Shown here: positions 1 to 9,006 of the stretch, piece after piece
How the letters are laid out: every line of letters begins with the position of its first letter
Numbering within the stretch: position 1 is the first letter of the stretch
Origin: Candidatus Nanopelagicales bacterium
GTDB lineage: Bacteria; Actinomycetota; Actinomycetes; S36-B12
Length of the DNA stretch: 64,000 nt
NCBI GenBank assembly: GCA_044374195.1
Contig: JBILOY010000007.1
Coordinates: 11,864 to 75,863 of the forward strand
Direction: 5' to 3'
The notes under the pieces: generated by a model
Seen by the model: the letters and a program-made list of their open reading frames with translations, nothing else
Databases searched by the model: none
What the model was told of the DNA's origin: nothing
Made by a program: the position numbers and the translations under genes

Positions 1-10
1 GCAGCGCGCA

Positions 11-43
11 GCGACTCACTCATGGCCAGCGGCCCTGAGTCGC
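11..43. repeat. 8-bp inverted repeat GCGACTCA-N17-TGAGTCGC at the window edge
   Basis: Read directly. GCGACTCA is at 11-18 and its reverse complement TGAGTCGC at 36-43. It may be a stem-loop belonging to an off-window gene, or incidental. Confidence 0.3.
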
Positions 44-124
44 TCGAGGTCGAAGACGTGTTCACGGGGTTATCCTTACTGAGACCGCCGAATTCGGCGT
101 GAGCGGCACTGCCTCGGAGGATTC

Positions 125-802
125 ATGCGCACCACTCGGCTCGCGCTCGGTATCGCCGCCTCCTTCGCCGTTGCCCTGCCAATGATGAGCATCAACGCCA
201 TGGCTGCCGACACCGTTGCTTCCGATGCCGTGGCCGCAAGCTCCGTCACCACCAGCGTGACCACGAGTGAGCCGGCCAAGAACTCCGGCAACACCTCCCC
301 GGTCAACGCCGACGACGCCAGTGGCAACTTCTTCTTCACTACCGCCAACGGCATCGCCCCCACATGGGCGGCTTCCGGCATCACGCTTTCGGGCATCTCC
401 CCCGGTTCGGCGCTGTCGAATTCACCGCTGACCCGAATCCGCGTCTCGATCCCGGTGGTCGCCAAGCTCAGCACCGCGAACTTCGCCGCTGGCGGCTTCA
501 AGATCCAGAACATCAAGACCCGCGAGTTCGTGAACTGCCAGACCCCGGTCATTGACACCCGTGCCAAGGTCATCGATTGCGTGCTTAAGGACGGCACCAA
601 CGCCCGTCTCTTCGCAATCACCAGTATCGCCAGCACCAAGCAGACCCTCGGGGTCTATGACTCCACGAACTACCGCGGCATGAAGCTGCAAGTGGCCGAT
701 CAGGAGATCGCCGACTTCCTCAATGACGAGCTCAGCGTGAACCTGTTCAGCCCGTCGGTGACTTTCGCTCTTGCGCAGCTCACCGTCACTTCTGCCCGCT
801 GA
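125..802 (+). CDS. secreted protein of unknown function (Sec signal peptide)
   Basis: 225-aa ORF. GGAGGA at 116-121 precedes ATG 125. The N-terminus MRTTRLALGIAASFAVALPMMSINAMA/ADT has a basic n-region, a hydrophobic core and an AxA site. The mature N-terminus is S/T/A-rich. There is no LPXTG motif or lipobox. Family not recognised. Confidence 0.7.
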   Translation: MRTTRLALGIAASFAVALPMMSINAMAADTVASDAVAASSVTTSVTTSEPAKNSGNTSPVNADDASGNFFFTTANGIAPTWAASGITLSGISPGSALSNSPLTRIRVSIPVVAKLSTANFAAGGFKIQNIKTREFVNCQTPVIDTRAKVIDCVLKDGTNARLFAITSIASTKQTLGVYDSTNYRGMKLQVADQEIADFLNDELSVNLFSPSVTFALAQLTVTSAR

Positions 803-1031
803 GTCAATTTAGGTCGCTGAGCTTGTAGACGCTGCCGTAGCCACGGCCACGTAATTCACAGCAGTTTCCCGTCAAGAAGTTTTCCACACCACGCACGCGG
901 TCACCACCCATTACGGACGCAACTTCACTCTCGTCACATCCGTCACGGGGTATCCCCAGGTAGCGCACGAGCACGTTCTTGAATCTCTCTCAGCAGCCGA
1001 ACCTCCTCGTAACGACATCGGGAGGAACGCC

Positions 1032-2084
1032 ATGCACCACTCATTCACACCCGCCACGCGGCTCACCATCGCCACTGCGCTGACCAGCACCACGCTCGCT
1101 GCCCTTGCTGTCACTGTCATGGCCCCCGGCGCCAGCGCTGCGACCCAGCAGATCCGCAGCGAATCACGCATCAACATCGCGAGCGTCTCGGTGCGCTCTC
1201 TCGCCCTCACTCTCACCCCCAAGCCCGGCACCGCCGTGCTCACCTGGGCAGCTCCGAGAACGCGGACGAAGTACACGGTGATGGCCACACCGGTGAAGCG
1301 CCCGTCAGCAGCTCGCATGCTCAAGGCAACGGCCGGCCCTGTGATCTCATTCGCAGGCCTCGACGAGAATGCGCGCTACACCTTCACTGTCACCCCGCAG
1401 ATCGGCAAGCTCACCGGCCCCACCAGTCAGCTACTCATGACCGCAACGCTCAAGCAACTGCGCGGGCTCTCCTTTGCCGATCAGCTCAAGTCGGTGAACT
1501 CGACCACGAGTGCGTCAACCGCACAGCCCGCAATCACCACAGCGCTGAACGGTGCGGTCGTAAGCCCCACGGCGCAAACTTCACCAAGCACAAATAGCAC
1601 CCCGCAGGCTCAGCCTGCCGCGGCGCCACAGCCCGCACCTCAACCCGCGGCAGCACCCGCTGCGCCGGCACCACCTCGCACGCGCACTGTCTATGTATGC
1701 CCCGATGGCTTCACCGAGGTAAACAGCATCTGCACCACCACATTGCCTTACACGTATTCAACGCTCGCGTACACGTATCACCAGGAGCCGTACACCGTGA
1801 CCGTGCAGGATCCGCCGACCGTCTACGCCGCTGACCGAGCCCAGAGCACCGGCACGCTGTGCCCCTGGGGCGGCAGCCCTAACGGTGGCGGCGATCTCTG
1901 CTCAATCGCGGGCGGCACGCACCAGGAGACCCGCTACAACACGGTGAAAGACACAACACCGAGCGGCTATACCGACACGGGCACCGAGTGGAAGAAGAAG
2001 AACGCCGCTCCAAGCGGTTACGCCGATGACGGCACCCAGTGGGTCAAGACCGCGGCGAAGATCGCCACCGAGGTTCCTGCCTGA
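1032..2084 (+). CDS. secreted multidomain protein (signal peptide, FN3/Ig-like beta segment, Pro/Ala linker, Cys-containing C-terminal domain)
   Basis: 350-aa ORF. GGAGGA at 1021-1026 is followed by ATG 1032. The signal peptide ends ..VMAPGASA/ATQQ. A beta-rich segment (LTLTPKPGTAVLTWAAP...ARYTFTVTPQ) resembles FN3. The low-complexity linker is PQAQPAAAPQPAPQPAAAPAAPAPP. The C-terminal region has 4 Cys and two PSGYxDxGTxW repeats. Confidence 0.75.
   Translation: MHHSFTPATRLTIATALTSTTLAALAVTVMAPGASAATQQIRSESRINIASVSVRSLALTLTPKPGTAVLTWAAPRTRTKYTVMATPVKRPSAARMLKATAGPVISFAGLDENARYTFTVTPQIGKLTGPTSQLLMTATLKQLRGLSFADQLKSVNSTTSASTAQPAITTALNGAVVSPTAQTSPSTNSTPQAQPAAAPQPAPQPAAAPAAPAPPRTRTVYVCPDGFTEVNSICTTTLPYTYSTLAYTYHQEPYTVTVQDPPTVYAADRAQSTGTLCPWGGSPNGGGDLCSIAGGTHQETRYNTVKDTTPSGYTDTGTEWKKKNAAPSGYADDGTQWVKTAAKIATEVPA
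1959..2042 (+). repeat. in-frame tandem peptide repeat PSGY(T/A)D(T/D)GT(E/Q)W, two copies, inside CDS 1032..2084
   Basis: Copy 1 is at 1959-1991 (ccgagcggctataccgacacgggcaccgagtgg). Copy 2 is at 2010-2042 (ccaagcggttacgccgatgacggcacccagtgg). They are separated by KKKNAA. Confidence 0.6.
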
Positions 2085-2089
2085 TTGAT

Positions 2090-3910
2090 ATGCCTGTGAG
2101 CCAGGCAGGTGCGTTGCCGGGGCAGAGCGGGGGCTCTGCCCCGGCGATACGCAAGGATGTGCGGGTGAGTGAGGCAGTCGTGGAGACCCCTGAGCGCAGG
2201 GGCGTGCTTTCACGCATCAACTGGCGCGATGTGATCCTCGTGCTGGCGATCAGCCTCGTCACCAGCCTCATCTCGCAGCGCTGGACAGGCACCCTGCTCG
2301 ACGGCCAGTTCTACGCCAGCCTCTCGCTCTTCGGCAGCGATGTCACCGATCGCGCGATCTTCGAGAGCTACTACTGGACCCGTCTCGGCGTGATCGCCCC
2401 GATGCACGCCTTCACGAGCATCTTCGGCACCTGGCTCGGCTTCGCGGGCTACCGCTTCCTGCTGATCCTGATCATCGTCACGGCCAGTTACCTGATCCTC
2501 AAGCGCTATACCCACTGGCGCACCGCGGCCACGCTCACCGCCTTCATTTCGCTCAACACCGTGATCCTCAGCTACTTCGGCAATACCTACTTGACCGGCA
2601 TCGTGATGTCAGGCACGGTCGCTCTCATCGCTACCGCAGTGATGGACGGCACCAGTCAGCGCGGCAACGGCAAGATGCCCAAGCGCCCGCCGATCGTGGC
2701 CGGAGTAATCATCGGCTGGCTCGCGATGAGCAATCCGGCAGGCATGATCCTGGCCGCAGTCATCTGGTTCGTGATTCGCCTGTTCCGACGCACTCACGTG
2801 GTGCATTACCTATGGACGGCCGCCAGCGCGATTGTCACCTTCGGAGTCTTCCTGCTCATCGGCAAGGCGATCTTCCCGAAGATGAATTGGCTTGAGTCCT
2901 ACATCAACTCCGATGCCCGTACGCGCCTGTCAGACTTCGCCTCGAAGTCGCCGATTTGGCCTGATGACATCTCGATGCTCGTGCCCGCGATGATCCTGGT
3001 GATCTGCATCGGTGTCTGGTTCGCCAATCGCACCAGCTGGCCTGCGCGCCTGGGCTTCATGATCAGCGCGACAAGCATCGCGTTCATGTTCGTGTTCAAC
3101 CCGCTCATGGGCGGTATTCCGCTCGAGGCGCCGATGTATCAGGCGATGCTGTTCCCGCCCGCGATGATCGCTCTCGCGCTCTCAGTTTCCGCCGTCACCA
3201 GCAGGCACGAGGATCCGGCGGAAACTGATCGCTGGAGTATTCGCACCTACGCCGCAGCCGCAATCGGCCTAGTGCTGATCATCACCGCCGGCTTCAGCAA
3301 CCCGGGCTGGAGCATTGAGCGCGGATGGATTGTCTCCGCGGTCACCGCTGCTGTCGCAATCATCATGCTGGTCAACAAGCGCTCGAGCGCTCAACTCGCC
3401 ACGGTGCTCATTGCCGCAGCCCTGGTCATCAGCTCAGGCCAGCTGCTGCAGAACTCACGACCTGGCGCTCTTGGCCTGTATTTCCAGTCGCCTTACAACT
3501 ACGCCTTCCAGGCGAACGACACGAACGCCAAGATGCACGCTGCCGTGAACACCCAGGAATGGCTAGTGGCCAACACCGAGCCAACCGATCAGATCCTCGC
3601 CTGGGTTGATGGCGACTGGATCGGCGGCGACCGCGAGCTCTACATGGTTGCCGGCATGCAACTGTGGGGCGAGAACCGCCTCGGCATCGTGCAGACCCTC
3701 GGGCCCGACGACTTCAATCGCCTGAACACCCTCAAGCCCAGCGTGATCGCGATGTATGGCCCCTCACGCGAGCAGATCCAAACCTTCTGGCAGGCGCTTC
3801 CTCGTGAGCTCAAGCCCAGTGACCCCAACTGCTACGACTTCACCTGGCCGAATCCGAGCATTCCGGTCGGTCATGCCTGCCTGACTCGTCTGAATTGGAA
3901 CAGCAACTAG
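2090..3910 (+). CDS. polytopic integral membrane protein with C-terminal soluble domain (GT-C-like candidate)
   Basis: The long ORF (track 2039..3910) is trimmed to ATG 2090, just after the stop of the upstream gene. An alternative start is GTG 2165, preceded by AAGGA at 2153-2157. There are many 18-25-residue hydrophobic segments. An acidic/aromatic first loop (LLDGQFYASLSLFGSD) resembles GT-C loop motifs. The tail is about 150 aa and hydrophilic. Confidence 0.7.
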   Translation: MPVSQAGALPGQSGGSAPAIRKDVRVSEAVVETPERRGVLSRINWRDVILVLAISLVTSLISQRWTGTLLDGQFYASLSLFGSDVTDRAIFESYYWTRLGVIAPMHAFTSIFGTWLGFAGYRFLLILIIVTASYLILKRYTHWRTAATLTAFISLNTVILSYFGNTYLTGIVMSGTVALIATAVMDGTSQRGNGKMPKRPPIVAGVIIGWLAMSNPAGMILAAVIWFVIRLFRRTHVVHYLWTAASAIVTFGVFLLIGKAIFPKMNWLESYINSDARTRLSDFASKSPIWPDDISMLVPAMILVICIGVWFANRTSWPARLGFMISATSIAFMFVFNPLMGGIPLEAPMYQAMLFPPAMIALALSVSAVTSRHEDPAETDRWSIRTYAAAAIGLVLIITAGFSNPGWSIERGWIVSAVTAAVAIIMLVNKRSSAQLATVLIAAALVISSGQLLQNSRPGALGLYFQSPYNYAFQANDTNAKMHAAVNTQEWLVANTEPTDQILAWVDGDWIGGDRELYMVAGMQLWGENRLGIVQTLGPDDFNRLNTLKPSVIAMYGPSREQIQTFWQALPRELKPSDPNCYDFTWPNPSIPVGHACLTRLNWNSN

Positions 3911-4001
3911 TTCCAGAGACAATGGGCTCTCGCAAGGAAAACAGGGGAGCACGCTGAGCAGGCACCGCAGAATCACTCTTGAGGCAGCAATCGCTGCCCT
4001 G

Positions 4002-5762
4002 GTGTCGTTCGCGCTCTCCCTGATCGTCTTCGGCCCGCTGCTCGGCAAATTGAGCAAGCCCTGGGCCGCCGGCGACATGCTCTCCACCTACGTCAACTCA
4101 GTGAACTGGGATTGGTGGCACTACGCCGTCACCACGACCTACGGATTCCCTGACGGCATGAACCTTGCTTACTTCCCCGGTGTCGACATCACCGAGAACT
4201 TGTTTGCGCAGATCGTCAACGCGATCAGCGGTAGCCCTTACGTCGGTATCAATCTGCTCCTCGTGCTGTCATTTCCGCTCGTCGCAGCACTCACCTACCT
4301 CGCTATTCGCATCGTCGGGCTGCAAGGCCCGCTCGCCATCGTTCTCGCGGCGAGCTTCTCGCTTATTCCATATCACTTCGGTCGTGGCCTCGGGCATATG
4401 TACCTCGCGACGATGTACGCAGGCGTGACGGCCGTGATTCTTGCCCTGCTGATCGGCACTGGTCAGCTGCAGCACCGTTACTCCGCCGCGAGCAAGCGCG
4501 GGCGCATCTGGCTCACCATCGCCATCGCGGCCCTGGTGATCGTCACCGCGCTCTCCGGCATCTACTACGCCGCTTTCGGCTTGATCCTCGGCGCCGCTGC
4601 ACTCATCTGGCGTATCGCCCGACATGACAGCTGGAAGACCGTAGGCCTCGCTGCAACGCCCTACATCGGCATCATCGTCGCGGTGGGCCTTGGTCTGTTG
4701 CCTTCGATCATCGCTCTCAAGTCAGCACCGCCGACAGGCTCACTCGGCGATCGCTCGGCGATCGAGTCAGTTCTGCTCGCCGGCAGCCTGGCTATGGCCC
4801 TGTTGCCCATCCCGATGAGCACCTTGCCCTTCATGGCTGACTACAACGCACGAATCAGCGCCGCTATCTCAACATCACCCGACCCGAAGCTCGAGAACAT
4901 CGCAGCTACCAACTACGGCACCTGGGTCACGACCGCCTGCCTCGCAGTAATGCTCGTCGGCCTGCTCGTGCGCATGCGTCGCATCAGCCGCTACGGCCAG
5001 GAGTTCTACCAGCAGGACAAGCGCAAGATTCAGGAAACCCAGTTCGGTGAACTCAGCTTCATCACCTACCTGACCATCGTTGTGCTTCTGTTCTTCATCC
5101 CTTGGGGAGTGAACTTCCTGTTCTCGGAGTTCTTCACCCCCCAGATCCGCGGCTGGAACAGGTTGCTCCCGATCCTGCTGCTTCTCTTCGTTCTCGGTGC
5201 CGCCACAGTTCTTGCCCGCGCCCGCATCACCAAGAAGCAGTTGTTCATCTGGCCGGTCGTGGTGATCATCCTGGCGCTGACTATCACCGATTCGGTACGT
5301 CCATTCCGCTCGATCTATCGCGAAACAGTCGAGTCGATCACCGCCAAGGCTGCCGATGCCCAGGCATATGCCGCTCAGGTCAATGCTGCGATCCCAGAGA
5401 ACTGCGGAATCCTTCAGCTTCCCTACATGAAGTACCCGGAGAACGGCCCGCTCAACAAGCAGGGTGATGGCCTGGGTGACTACGACCACTTCCTGCAGCC
5501 GCTGAGCAACCCGAGCAAGAAGTGGAGCTATGGCGCGGTCAAGAACACCGCCGACAGCGCCTGGCTCGAATCCCTGCCCCAGTTCCCGATGGATCAGAAC
5601 TTCATTGAGCTCAAGGAGAAGGGCTTCTGCGCGATCCACATCGACACCGCTGGCATCCTCCCGCAGGAGCAGGAGAGCATGACCAACTTCTACAACGCTC
5701 TACTTGGCGACCCTGTTGCGACGGGTAACAATGGAGCATGGATCCTCTACGCGCTGCGCTAG
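4002..5762 (+). CDS. polytopic integral membrane protein with C-terminal soluble domain (GT-C-like candidate)
   Basis: 586-aa ORF with a GTG start and more than 10 hydrophobic segments. The tail after LFIWPVVVIILALTITD is about 150 aa and hydrophilic. Family not recognised. Confidence 0.7.
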   Translation: MSFALSLIVFGPLLGKLSKPWAAGDMLSTYVNSVNWDWWHYAVTTTYGFPDGMNLAYFPGVDITENLFAQIVNAISGSPYVGINLLLVLSFPLVAALTYLAIRIVGLQGPLAIVLAASFSLIPYHFGRGLGHMYLATMYAGVTAVILALLIGTGQLQHRYSAASKRGRIWLTIAIAALVIVTALSGIYYAAFGLILGAAALIWRIARHDSWKTVGLAATPYIGIIVAVGLGLLPSIIALKSAPPTGSLGDRSAIESVLLAGSLAMALLPIPMSTLPFMADYNARISAAISTSPDPKLENIAATNYGTWVTTACLAVMLVGLLVRMRRISRYGQEFYQQDKRKIQETQFGELSFITYLTIVVLLFFIPWGVNFLFSEFFTPQIRGWNRLLPILLLLFVLGAATVLARARITKKQLFIWPVVVIILALTITDSVRPFRSIYRETVESITAKAADAQAYAAQVNAAIPENCGILQLPYMKYPENGPLNKQGDGLGDYDHFLQPLSNPSKKWSYGAVKNTADSAWLESLPQFPMDQNFIELKEKGFCAIHIDTAGILPQEQESMTNFYNALLGDPVATGNNGAWILYALR

Positions 5763-5765
5763 AAG

Positions 5766-6977
5766 TCAGTCACGAATCTGCTGGAGCCCTCGAGCAGCGA
5801 GACCGGCATCAATGCCGCCCCAGAAACTCGTCACGTTGATCGAGCGCGCTCGGGCCTTGCCCGCTGCCTGAGCACGAGCGAGACGTTCTGGATCAGCCAG
5901 GTAAGACTCGACGAGCGCCGGTACCTCCGAAGGATCCGTGAAGTAGCCGACCTCGTCTCCCGGGATCCAGAAGCGATCAGAGCGATCGACATCATCTGTG
6001 AGAACCAGGCAACCCATTGACGACGCTTCGAGGATGCGGGTCTTCAGTTGCTGGCCGTTGAGCGAGCTCGATACCGAGAAGTTGATCGTCATCTTGCTCT
6101 GAGCAAGGCCGCGCATGTAGTCGACATAGGTCGGCTGATTCGTACGACTCTCCGCAAAGTCTCGTGTGGTGTCGGCGCGATGTGGATTCACCGCCACGTC
6201 CACGCCATGCGCGCGCAGAGCCTCGATCATCTCGACCCGGTAGGGATAGAGCGCACCGATGAACGACACATCATGAATCTGCTCGACATCCCCAATTGCT
6301 TCATCGAGCGCAGCGAGCGACTCATTCGAAATCGGCATATTGACGGGGCCTACTTCCGGGCGGCCGCGCTTCATCGAGTCGTCCATCGGCATGCAGATGT
6401 CGACGACAACAAATCGATCCGAGACAGAGGCGATGCGGCGAGCACTCAGAGTGATCATCCGAAAAGCCGAGTCGAACATGACCCCGAGGAAGACGCCATC
6501 CCAGCGCGGTGCGAGCTGCTCCCAGAGCACGTCCCAGGTCTGATTCGCAGAATTAGTCGGGTCGCACTCTGTCTGACCCATCAAGTGAGTTGCCTGGGAA
6601 GACACGAGAAATCGAATCAATCGCTCATGCCAGTCGGCAGGCGACTCTTCCGCGCGCACCTCGAAAATCGAAACCTTGTCCGCACCCGCGTATTCACGTG
6701 CCGACTGAGCGATCTCGTAGAAGAAGTTGCCGCCTGCCGGTTTCCAGGTCTCGAAGCTTGGGCCTTGCATGGGAACGATCACCACGTGCGAGGGTCGCGC
6801 TGCTGCACCGGATGACATCGTCAGATCCGATAAGCGGGAGCCATAGTCGCCCGCCTTAGTCAGTGAGTCGATGACCTGATCTCGTGATCGGCGGTAGGCG
6901 CGCTCCTCGAGCCCCGGGAACATGCGACCGGCAAGACCGCTGAGCTTCCCGGTGAGTGACCGCTGCGCATCCGACAC
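5766..6977 (-). CDS. CgeB-like glycosyltransferase (DUF3880 / Glyco_trans_1_2-type C-terminus)
   Basis: 403-aa soluble ORF. The C-terminal stretch KTRILEASSMGCLVLTDDVDRSDRFWIPGDEVGYFTDPSEVPALVESYLADPERLARAQAAGKARA matches the remembered CgeB/spore-maturation-type GT-B C-terminal pattern. Confidence 0.6.
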   Translation of the reverse strand: MSDAQRSLTGKLSGLAGRMFPGLEERAYRRSRDQVIDSLTKAGDYGSRLSDLTMSSGAAARPSHVVIVPMQGPSFETWKPAGGNFFYEIAQSAREYAGADKVSIFEVRAEESPADWHERLIRFLVSSQATHLMGQTECDPTNSANQTWDVLWEQLAPRWDGVFLGVMFDSAFRMITLSARRIASVSDRFVVVDICMPMDDSMKRGRPEVGPVNMPISNESLAALDEAIGDVEQIHDVSFIGALYPYRVEMIEALRAHGVDVAVNPHRADTTRDFAESRTNQPTYVDYMRGLAQSKMTINFSVSSSLNGQQLKTRILEASSMGCLVLTDDVDRSDRFWIPGDEVGYFTDPSEVPALVESYLADPERLARAQAAGKARARSINVTSFWGGIDAGLAARGLQQIRD

Positions 6978-7005
6978 CTCTGAAGGATAGTGCGCGAACT
7001 AGCCG

Positions 7006-9006
7006 CTACCGCTGATCCCGAGCCTGAGCAATCGCTTCCGAAAGCGTCGGCACCAACTCGAGCGCACCGGCAACCGATAGATGGCGCGGATCCGCATACA
7101 AATAGGCATCACCACGTGCGTCCGGGCAGTTGACCTCATCGCAGAGCACCGGCAATGGGTCATACAGAACCGTGCCCGGGTTGGCCGCCGCAACCTGGCT
7201 CTCTGCCTCGAAAGTCACTGCACGACGCGCGAGTGCTTCGGCCTGAGTCGCTCTGATGCGGCGCAACTGCGCGATGCCACCCGTAGGCGCGTCATACGAA
7301 GGCTCGGGCACAGTCGAAGCGATCACCACACCGATACCGGCAGCGCGCAATGGCCTGACGACGCCGTTTAGGGCCTCCTGCCAGGTGCGAGCAGCGTCGG
7401 CGCTGTCCAAAGGCAGGCTGCCATCCGAACGCGTCAGCGTGACTCCACCAGTCAGGCCATTCACGTACGGGCGGTTCGCAATGACAACAACTGAAGGCCT
7501 CGCCTCGAGGGCAGCAGACAGAGCCTCCCGTTGCCACTCATTGCAACCGGATGTGGGGTAGTCGAACCGCACATAGCCTGGCGCGATGAAGGGGCACTGA
7601 GAGCGAGAGCTCACAAAGGTGGAGAGACGAGCGGAGGCATCAGCTGCAATCACGCCATCCGACAGCGAGAGCGCCTGCGAATCACCGAGGAGAAAGACGT
7701 CAGGGGCCGAGGAGGTGCCCGGCGGCCAGGTGCACCTCGAGGGATCAATCGCCTGGTCGTGGCACCGGTATGACGCAGCTTCCTGGAATGAGTACGAGCG
7801 GGGCCACGAGAGCCACCATTCCTGTTTGGCTCCAAGCGCGAGGAATCCGGCAAGCAGTAGAGGAATTCCAAAACAAACGGCGACCAGCGCGCCCAAGCGA
7901 CGAGGGGATAGGTCTGAAGAGTTGCGCAACGGCATCTCCACGAACCGGTACGACAACAACGCTGGCAGGAAAGAGAAACCGACGGCAATGATCGGCACGA
8001 TCACTGGTCGACTAGGCCACAGCAGCATCGCGAATACGATCACCGGCCAATGCCATAGATACCAGGAGTACGACATGTCGCCGATACGCACCATGGGGCG
8101 AATGGCCATCAGACGCGATACCCACGTCGTTGCAGCGGTGCCACCTGCAATCATCGCGGCAGTACCGATCACGGGAACCAGAGTGGCCACGCCGGGGTAA
8201 GGCATGGTGTTCGGGATCGTGAAGAGCCCAATGACTACGACTCCGAGTCCGAGGGCGGATACCACCTCGGCGACTCGGCGAGGCATTCGCGAGATCTCGA
8301 CGGCGAAGAGCGCAAGCAGCGCACCTGCAGCGAACTCCCAGGCTCGCCCCACTGCGCCGTAGTAGCCGAAGAATGCCGAGCCTGGCCAATCGAGTTCATG
8401 GCTTGATGTCAGCAAGGCGAGAACGAATGTCACTGCTCCCATGCCGCCGACAACACTGACCAGCACGGTGCGCTTGGACCAGCGCACCCGCGTCGCGAGG
8501 AACCAGGCCAGCACCATAATCGCTGGGAATACGAGGTAGAACTGCTCCTCGGTTGAGAGCGACCACATGTTGAGCAAGGGGTTCTGCTCAGCCGCGGCAT
8601 CAAAGTAATCACCCGTCGTGTAGGCGATGACCGCATTTGCCGTGAGCAGCATGGTGCCGATGGCTGTTGCCGTCGTCGTCTGTTGTGCACCGAAGGGTGA
8701 CTGCAGGAAGATCGATATGAGCACTACAACGGAGACAGTCACGGCGAGGGCCGGCGTGAGTCGCTTGAAACGGCGCGTGTAGAAGCGCTTCAGGTCGATG
8801 CGGCCCGTCTTCTCACGCTCACGCATCAGCATCTGAGTGATGACAAAGCCTGAGATCACGAAGAAGATGTCAAGCGCGATAAACCCGCCCTCAAGCGGAA
8901 TTCGAGCGTGATAGATCAGAATGATGATGAGCGCGAATGCGCGCAATCCCTGGATATCAAGCCGCTGTTTCGGCTTGATGAGTTCGGGCGCTACTTCCAT
9001 TTCCAC
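7006..9006 (-). CDS. acyltransferase-3 family O-acyltransferase with C-terminal SGNH domain (OafA/OatA-like)
   Basis: 666 aa. The N-terminus LDIQGLRAFALIIILIYHARIPLEGGFIALDIFFVISGFVIT is the classic AT3 signature. It has about 10 TM segments. The periplasmic C-terminal domain carries LLGDSQA, an SGNH block I-like GDS motif. Confidence 0.85.
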   Translation of the reverse strand: MEMEVAPELIKPKQRLDIQGLRAFALIIILIYHARIPLEGGFIALDIFFVISGFVITQMLMREREKTGRIDLKRFYTRRFKRLTPALAVTVSVVVLISIFLQSPFGAQQTTTATAIGTMLLTANAVIAYTTGDYFDAAAEQNPLLNMWSLSTEEQFYLVFPAIMVLAWFLATRVRWSKRTVLVSVVGGMGAVTFVLALLTSSHELDWPGSAFFGYYGAVGRAWEFAAGALLALFAVEISRMPRRVAEVVSALGLGVVVIGLFTIPNTMPYPGVATLVPVIGTAAMIAGGTAATTWVSRLMAIRPMVRIGDMSYSWYLWHWPVIVFAMLLWPSRPVIVPIIAVGFSFLPALLSYRFVEMPLRNSSDLSPRRLGALVAVCFGIPLLLAGFLALGAKQEWWLSWPRSYSFQEAASYRCHDQAIDPSRCTWPPGTSSAPDVFLLGDSQALSLSDGVIAADASARLSTFVSSRSQCPFIAPGYVRFDYPTSGCNEWQREALSAALEARPSVVVIANRPYVNGLTGGVTLTRSDGSLPLDSADAARTWQEALNGVVRPLRAAGIGVVIASTVPEPSYDAPTGGIAQLRRIRATQAEALARRAVTFEAESQVAAANPGTVLYDPLPVLCDEVNCPDARGDAYLYADPRHLSVAGALELVPTLSEAIAQARDQR

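Noticed and set aside
76-639. 187-aa minus-strand ORF overlapping the first secreted-protein gene
   Set aside because: The plus-strand ORF has a strong SD and a textbook signal peptide. The minus ORF has neither.
834-847. Small hairpin GCCGT-agcc-ACGGC after the first secreted-protein gene, and CTGCC-tac-GGCAG at about 20664-20676
   Set aside because: The stems are only 5 bp with no U-tract. That is too weak to call as terminators.
4875-5639. 254-aa minus-strand ORF
   Set aside because: It is antisense to the 586-aa membrane protein gene. It is a high-GC shadow ORF with no motifs.
6048-6815. 255-aa plus-strand ORF
   Set aside because: It is antisense to the CgeB-like GT gene, which has a recognisable C-terminal domain. 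The translation is Arg/His-rich and low-complexity, so this is a shadow ORF.
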